Source of the DNA: Callorhinchus milii
Lineage: Eukaryota
Length of the DNA stretch: 64,000 nt
Reading direction: 5' to 3'
NCBI RefSeq assembly: GCF_018977255.1
Contig: NW_024704743.1
Span: forward strand, 96,350,001-96,414,000
Position 1 is the first letter of the stretch; every line of letters begins with the position of its first letter. Below, one piece after another: positions 27,101-36,100 of this stretch. Below the pieces are notes generated by a model that saw nothing but the letters and a program-made list of their open reading frames with translations, was not told the origin of the DNA and did not search any database. The position numbers and the translations under genes were made by a program.

Positions 27101-30100
27101 AACACATTTTAAAACTGTTTCTTAAAGAAGGAATGTATTTAGAATTGCTTCTTTATTTTGTCTTAAAATTTAAGACGGTGCAGAATTTTGGAAATTCTTA
27201 AATTGGGCATAATTTTTAAGATGGTTTTACTTTTTTTTAAAGTATTCTGTTTCTTTCACTTGTGTAACCTGCAGCTCGGGCAGCTTTTGGCTGCAACATG
27301 TAAGGAGCTGCCTGGCCCGAAAGAAAGTCGGAGGACTGCCAAAGATCTGTGGGATGTAGTGGTCCAGATCTTCTGTTTGTCCAACCAGCACAAGCGAGGC
27401 AACGATGGGAAAGTCTGTTTAATGAAACACCGGGAATCCACAATGGGCATCTTGTACAGGTAACAGCAACTAGCATTCATAGAGCATCCTTCACTTACAG
27501 TAACATCTGTAATGTCACAGAGATAGTGACGGATGCATAACAAGGCTGGGGGAGGAGGAACTGAAGAGCTAGGATTTCACACTGCCTTTGAAGACAGAGG
27601 GGTTGAGGGAGGGAGCTCCAGAGCATGTGGAGACCTAATGACCTGTAAGTCAGCCATCTTAGTGCATGGATCGCTGCACTCATGCGCAGTGAACAGAGTC
27701 TACAGTGAAACCAAGTTATTACCAAATTTGTGCTATAAAGAAGCACATTCTAACCAGGCTGCACTGTGATTGCGTATCACCAAAGCTGCAGTCTATAACT
27801 GACTGGAAATTCAGGTCATCAATGGGAGGAAATGCACAAATACAAAGCAAGATACTTCTCCTAACTTTAATCACCAAGATAAAATAGTTTGGCTGTCCAG
27901 CAGGCAGTACATTACCAAAAACTGTTGTTAAACTCTTACTGTAAACTAATACATAGTGATAGGTCACTTGTTTATCAGATGTAACTTTTGATAGGCATTG
28001 CTTGGTTTGTAACTTTCTAATTTTCTATGCTTTAGGAGTGAGCTGGTAACTTTCATCAAGAGGTTGAGGGTGAGTATGGAGCAATATTTTTAGTAAACAA
28101 AATGAACTTGCCTGTTTTGTTACACTAATTGATTTGTGTGTAACCTTAAGCTGATCCTTATGAATGTTGCTGTTTAAAATGGTATTAGAAGCTTGTTAGG
28201 GGTGCAATGCATTTGACCTTGCTTATCTCGTCCCAGGTCTCCTTTCAAGACCCTTCATGTTTTTTGTACATGATGCATGTAGAGGGCAACTGTGTGACCT
28301 AGCACTCTGTTGAGGAATGGGAGGTGTGGTTTACAAAGAATGTACAACATGAAACAAACCATTCTGTCCCCCTCTCCCTCATGTAAAGGTCTAGCTTCCT
28401 CTTGAATGCATCTACACTGTCTGATTTAATCAACGCTTCAGGCAGCGAGTTCCACAATCTCACTGTCTGCTGTGTGAAGCAGCTCTGCTGAAAATTCTCT
28501 TTCAGATCCCCTAGTCATTATCTTATACTTGTATCTCTGGTTACAGACTCGCCAATCAGTAGACACAGCCTATTTATGTTAACCTTATCGAACCGTTTCA
28601 TAATTTTAAACAACTCTATTAGGTCCCCTCTTAAACATCACATTGCTATGTCCTCTCGACATGAAAGGCTCTATGCTAATGTAATTTTGTATTGTAAGTT
28701 TTGTACTGTATCTAACGGTTGTCTGGGCAATGGAAATCGACTGAGGATAGAGCCTTGAGATTATTAGGGGACATCTCCATGAGGAACCTTCAGGGAAGAG
28801 CAGAGTTTAGAATCCCAGGAGAGGTTTGAATGCAGATAATTACTAATTGTCAAATGTAATGATTGCAATTGTAGGCAAAAGCAACATTTTAAATGTTTGT
28901 TGTTTTAATTAAATATGAAACAATTGTATCAGCTGGGATCTTCTCAGAAGTATAATGTTCCTTGAATGGAGGATTGATAATTTTGTCCTTGTGAATTCAT
29001 ATAGAATTCCTAATGTATGTCTTTTTTTTCCTCTCTTGTAGGATCCTTTGGTTCTAACAGCATTAATCTCCCTCTTTGTGAAGTTACATAACATTGTTCG
29101 GGTTTGTATTGATAATCTTATCAGATTTTACTGCACCTTGTGTTTGAAAACTGATTATTTTTACAAGTTAAGGAAATGTTGAACTGCTTTTTAAATAATA
29201 ATAAAACTGACAAGCTTTCTGTTTTTAGGATGACATAGTGAATGATGTGACTGCTGAACATACATCAATTTGGCCAACATCTGTACCAAAGTAAGCCGTA
29301 TTCATATTTTTTTTACATTCAGTGTCATATTGCACAGAAACAGGCTATTTGGCCCAACTAGTCTATGCCCCCCAAAAATGGTTGTAAAGTTTATTTTCTT
29401 TCCTCCACTCACCCCCCACCCTGGTGCCAATAATGTTACCTCCTGCTGTCCTGAAGAAGTTTGACACCTTTTCCCTCCTGGCACAGTATGTGAGGGGCTT
29501 GGAACCCTTCAGTACCTTATTCTGGTGGCTATTATTCATTGGTCAGTATTCAGCCACCGGAGGCATCACTGAAGCTTGATCCTGACGTCACCCAACATCC
29601 ACACATGTTGGATTTTTGGGAAATAATTAGAAACGTGACACTTCCCTAACCCAGCCGCGCCCCGCCCCCTCGCCCGACCAAGCCACCTACAGTGTCCCAA
29701 CTGAGATAAGTTAATTTCAACACAAACTTATAACTTCTGATCTCTATGTGCTTTATCTACACAGGTATCGGGGAGCTTGGGTTAACTTGTTTGAGTCATT
29801 TTCTTGCAGCTTGTATCTTTGGTGTAATCTCACTCCAGTGTTGTGCTCTTGTTTTGCAAGTTTGCAGGCTGTGGATGTTGAGGCTGTTGCTGTCACAATG
29901 AAGGAACTAGTCAACTACTCACTGAGCATCAATTCCAACAACCACTTCTGGTTATTAACTCAAGCAGATATTTACTTTGGTAAGTATAGGACTCTTCAAG
30001 AACATGTTGCAGATCTTACAGTTTTGGGCCGATTTATTTAACTAATCCCTGAACTTGTTTCAATACGTCCCTATGTGTGTATATAATACGATACACCATA

Positions 30101-33100
30101 ATTATATTTCTGTTTTCAAACATCTTTGCATTAAAAATTTAATAAATAACATCGACAAAAGTTACATATGTAAAGCACCTTTCACGTCGGGAGGATGTCC
30201 CAAGGTGCTGGACAGTCAGTGTTTCGGACCCAAGATGGGGGTCGGGATTGGGGACGGCGGAGGGCAGTGGGGGAAGGAGGGTGATCGAAGACACGGTCGA
30301 AGACGAGGGTCTTGAGATGGGTCTTGAAGGAGGCGAGGGAGGGGGTGAGGTAGAGGGACTGTGGGATGGAGTTCCACAGTGGCTGAAGGCCCATCTGCCA
30401 ATGGTGGGGCGAGCGAGGTGGGGGACATGAAGCAGGCAGAGCCGGCTGAGCGGAGGCAGCGGCAGGTTGGTAGGGGGTTAGGAGGTCGCAGAGACAAGGG
30501 AGAGCGAGGCCATGGAGAGCTTTGAAGGTGAGAAACAGGATCTTGAACTATATCCTCTGTGTGATGGGAAGCCAGTGGAGTCGGGCAAGGATGGGGGGAT
30601 AGGGTCATGGAGCCTAGTGCAGGAAGGACACGGGCTACAGAGTTCTGGATGACCTCCATAGGATGGAATGTAGCTCTCATCCAGGACTTGATGCCTGACA
30701 GACATTCTGTCAGCACAGCAGTGTTCCTGGAGTCGAGGGTGGAGGCAGAGAGGTAGAGCTGGGTGTCATCCGCAAAAATGTGGAAGTTGACAAATTAGAT
30801 TTGAGGATACGATCATGGTCTTACAGTGGTTTAATAAAGGAATCTTCTTCTATTTATTTTACAGCAACCAATCAGTTCTCAGCAGCGATGTACTTCTATC
30901 TTCAAACTGGAGCTATTTGTTCGGACTTTTTCAATAAGGCAGTGCCTCCCGAAGTGTACACAGACATGGTAAGATTGCCTGGAACAGCAGACTTAGACAA
31001 ACTCTTCAGCTATGTATCCTCAAAGTTAGAAGCTTGTAGGTTCAAGCTACGTGTCAGGACTTTGAACTCACGTTCAAATGCTCCCAATACATTGCTGATG
31101 CTCCAATACATTGCTGTTGGGGAGTGCTGCATTGTTGCAAATGAGATATTAAACTGAGATTCTGATCACTTGTTCAGGTGGACATTACACCATGGTGCTA
31201 TTCAAAAGAGAAGGGAGTTTCTCCTGGTGTGCTGGACAACAACTCTCCAGATAAAATTGGTCATTCACTTCATGGCTGTTTTTGGGGCATTGCTATGTGC
31301 CTGATACAAAATACAGTTACTGTACAAACATTAAAGTAAATCTTGTGAAATGCTATATGTGGCTGAAATATCCAATACATAAATGTCCAAGACCCATGAT
31401 CTTAAAATTGAACTCTTGGTGGTGATAAAACACAGTAAAACTGCACACCATTCAATCATAGTCTCAAAACAGTAGTTCAGGAGACACCAGGAGCAACTGT
31501 ATAAGTATAGTGGTCGTGTCTCATTAAAACATTAGTTTGTCTTGCAGTTTGTCTTGTTAAAGCATAACTTTTTTACATAATTAATAAATTATATTTTATA
31601 TATTTCTATGTTAAATAATGTCTTTCTTTTAAACTAGGTGCTGAAGAGAATGATAAGATGCTGTTCACTGTTGAATTGCCACACCCAAGTATGTGAACTT
31701 TTGCGATTGAAATCAAAGAGAAGATAGGTTGGGGGGGATTATTTTATAGGTTGTCACTTTGATTTGTCGCACACACAAAAAAAAATGTCCTCTTCATCTA
31801 AACCACTGCACTGCAGCATGGCTGGATTGCTGGTGCAGCGTAGCCTCTGAGTTTGGTGGGAGCTGAATGTGTGGCTTGTTCTATTCATGCTATGAATGGA
31901 TGTGACATAATAATAATCCTAGCATTTGATGTAGTGCCTTGTCATGTTGTTCAGACATCTCAAAGTGCTTCACAGAATATACTGTAAAGTGAATTGACTG
32001 TATCTTGTGGGCGAAACGTGGCTGACTTGTGAGATGCCTGTCAGGGAAATTCACTCTTCCATGTGGAGAAATGCTTTGTCTGGAAACTGAGAATGCTCTG
32101 CATTAGGGATTATTGCCACCCAGGTCTCATCTCTTGTTGAGCTACATGTTGGAGCACTCGTGTCCTGTTCCCCTGCATTTAAACACTTCCTTTTTCCTTT
32201 CCTTCCAACTCTGACCTTAACTCTGCTTTCATAGTTTTTTTTAAATGTAAATGTTTTAAAAACCTACAGTAATAAATTGTAGTTTTAAATGTCAGTAAAA
32301 TATTTAAAGCTTTTCTCAACAGGTGGCAATTCTGTGCCAGTTCCTCAGAGAGGTTGACTACATGACTGCCTTTAAAGCTTTACAGGAGCAAAACAGGTAC
32401 CTTATATTATAATATTAATAACAACCTTGTATTATCACAGTGTTGAAACGTCTCAAAGCCCTTTGCAGAAACTATAAGTGACAATGTATAGGCTATTGCA
32501 GTGTCCCACAGGCTGGAGGTGAATGACTAATTTATTTGGACAATTGTTGGCCATGAGACCAAGAGAAACTGCCCGATACATCCTCCCAATGTGAAAGATG
32601 CTATATCAAAGGTTTTTGTAAGTGCTCCAAGACTCTATCCCCAGTGAAGGGCGCTATATAAATGTGAGTTGTTGTTGGTATTCTTTATTATTCTCCAGTG
32701 ATTTTCAAAGAGTTTATCATGTTGAAAAATCATTTGAATGGGAAAACCACAGCATAATTGCTGTAAACACTGTTCAACCCTCCCAATTCATTACGCTAAA
32801 GCACAGCATCTCATTATAGGCGTGTTCACTGGCAGAGGTGGCTTAACATTTGAAGTGCTAACATTTTTCTTGCCTTGTTAGTTTTCTTCTGCCCTAGTCC
32901 AGCACACAGGATCCCCCATGGATTGTATCAATGTCGAGCCAAGACTAACCTTGTGACTTAGTGCCTGTGATGGTGACACACTGTGACTATTTCCTGTTCT
33001 ACTTCACCACATCTGATAGTTGTGAGTTTAGCTCCAATCAGTGTGATGATAGCCTAGAAGTTATACATGTGATAGAAACAATAATGTCATGACATTCTTG

Positions 33101-36100
33101 CGTATGTTATGGCCACGTTGATTCCCACTGCCATTGCTTGGCTCCTATCAGGAACCTGTGAGAGACGCACTTGGCCTCACCAGCAAGCTCTGAGCCCACT
33201 ACAGAACATGTGGTGAAGCTAGCTGGTCACAGATGTGCGTACCACAGTGATGATGATGCTGCTGCTGTCACCGTCCCCGTGATTGACTGAATGGAGCAAT
33301 GAGGTTTTATTCACTGATTTGAATGAATAAGGTTCTGCCAAAGTCTGGAAATCTAACCAGTTAGAAAGTTTGACCATCACTCACTTCATGTTTGGATTTC
33401 TTTTTTATTTCAGTCACGATGCAATGGACTCCTACTATGACTACATCTGGGACATCACTATTTTGGAATATTTAACCCGTATCCTTTTACAATTCTTTCA
33501 GCGTGATTATTCTATTGAGACAATTGAGTCAGCTGAAGTGCAAAGTTCCACCTAGTCGTAGCCTGTCGTAAAATAAAAGATAAAGCACCGAATTGTAGAA
33601 AATTCTTAAATTGAATTAGAAAACAGAATCTATGACTACATGGATTTTAGGCATTTTATATCTACAGCTCCATTATTCTCTTTTGTGTGTGTGTATATAC
33701 ATATATATAATATATGTGCAGTATGTGTGTGTGTGTGCACATGTGTGTCTTACAAAGCAGAAGATAACTGCATATTTTATTAATTATTTTATGTAAACTT
33801 TCAGCTACAAGTTTGCATTCCAGACAGTGTAGCTGGCTGTTATATAGAGAAGCTTGATAGCGATTACACAAAATATTTACTTTCCAACTTACATTTTGTG
33901 AATGGTTTGTACAGCACCACGCCATTAAAACACTTTGTTTTGGATCGATAAAACCAGCCCCTGTGTTATAACAGATCTGTGATGGAAACAGCCACTGGTC
34001 TCAGTGCTGGGTTGCAGCTGACATGGCTTCTGGCATCGACCAGTGGCTTCCTGCCCACACGCGCAATGAAGCTACCTAGTCAGCCATGACCTCTCTTTTG
34101 AGCGCTTCTAGCACTAAAGACAAAACACTCTTAACAAAACATTTGTTAGAGTATTGAGGCTTGGCTGCCAGTCAGACTACCACACAGGATAGCAACCAGT
34201 CTGTGCCAAAAGCTGGTACCTCTGGTAAACACAGGTCCACAAGACAGCCAGGTTACAAAGGGAGACCTTGGAGCTGAAATCTCACAAGTCAACATGACAC
34301 ACATGGGATCAATCCCCTTGCAGAAAACACCTTAAATTGCAGAGTGGTTTATCTGGTAGCTAGAGAGTAACTGCTATTTCCTTCACTGACCTATTGTAAC
34401 CCCACTCTCTGTCCCATTCAACATTTGAAGGCCTATAGATGGCCTCTGTAAATATTAATGATACATTTTTTAAAAAATGTGGACTTAATTGCCTAAAGCC
34501 ATCCCATTTCAGAGTGAAACCCAGGTGCTTTCTGTTACAAGTCTCCATGAAAGGTTATTATTTCTTCATAAAGTTGTGCAAGTTTAAAAAGAAGCTTGAA
34601 GTGATTAATGGTATATTAGTCGTAATTATGGATTTATTTGGTTGCTCTATGTTTATACTGACTGTTTGGGATTAGAGTTTACAGATGATTCATGTAAACT
34701 AGTTTGATTGTTGTTTCCCAACAGTATGTTGTAGTCAAACTTCATTGATTTCCAGGCTCTGATATGTAGCTGAAAGACTCTCCAAAAGCTGGATTTGCAG
34801 CTTAAGAAGAGCTCAGTCTCAAGAACGATGTTCACATAACAGAAGCTGATTATTGTCTGATGTGAAAATCATGTTAAAACTGTTTAATTTGGCTGAGGTG
34901 CTCTTAAGAATTACAATTGTACCTCCTTACAGTTAAAAAAAAACCTCTTATAAATTAACAGTGTTCGCAATATAATAGACAGATAACAGACATGAACAGT
35001 GTTTAATCCTAAACTAACTGAAAATCTAGAAAAATGACAGTTCTGTTCTGGCTGCTTTTATAAATATCAGTTGCAAAACTGCACGTCTGAAACAAAGGAG
35101 AGCAGTGATAAAGCAGAAAATGTCAAGAATAGCTTTTACACTCTTAATATCAGCCCTAAACAATGTCAATAAACCAGAGATTTGAACTGGAATAAGATTT
35201 AAGCACTTTAATGCTGTGTGCTAAACATCCATTTTTCTCTTCACTTTTCTCACATTCTCCAGTCTTTGTTTGCCTTTTTCTATACCTTCGTTCTCTAGCC
35301 AAATTTTTCTTCGTGAGATTTCTAATGTTAGATTTCACTTTTAAACACCTGCTGCAAAAGCTCAATATCTTAACTAATCTGAAGAGTGATGATTGACACG
35401 GGCACATCATAGATATAACCACATCCACCATTGGCATGCTTTACCCATCACAGTAGGAAGAGGCTGCTGACAGCATGGGGTACTTATCAGCAATCCCACA
35501 TTAGACAAGTTAACTTGTCCACTTCAGGTTAAGTGCCTACTATTGAACTATGGATTGGTTTCAACATTTGGAAGCAAAGATGTTTTCAATCTGTTTACAT
35601 TGTTGCAAAGCTTGCTCTTAATCCTAGTTGATCGATGGCAATGGCATTGCCCTGTGTGTGTGACTGTGTGTATGTGTGTGTATATATATATATGTGTGTT
35701 AAGACGTACAAGTGAAGTCTTTAATGGTTAAAGCCAGTCTGCAACCCTAAAATATATTGATGGAACTCAAGGTGGAGTACATTTGATGTGAATTGAGACA
35801 ACTGATAATGAAATAACATTTGGAAGCAATGTTAAGCAAGCCCAACATTGGTGATATTTTTACAGCGTAAGAGCAAAAGGTGTTCTGGCCATTGAAACTC
35901 ATCTATCTGCTGCCCCACTTTACCCAAAACATATCCGATTGTTCCTAATTGTCATTCTGGAGTAACGTTCTTCCTAATATCAATTTTAAAACTATTTAAA
36001 CTACTTTATTTCAATTATTTAAAAAAATGTTTAATTTGAAATAATATTCTGAAATAATAGAACATAATATTCTATCCTTCATATAATATTTTATATTCCT

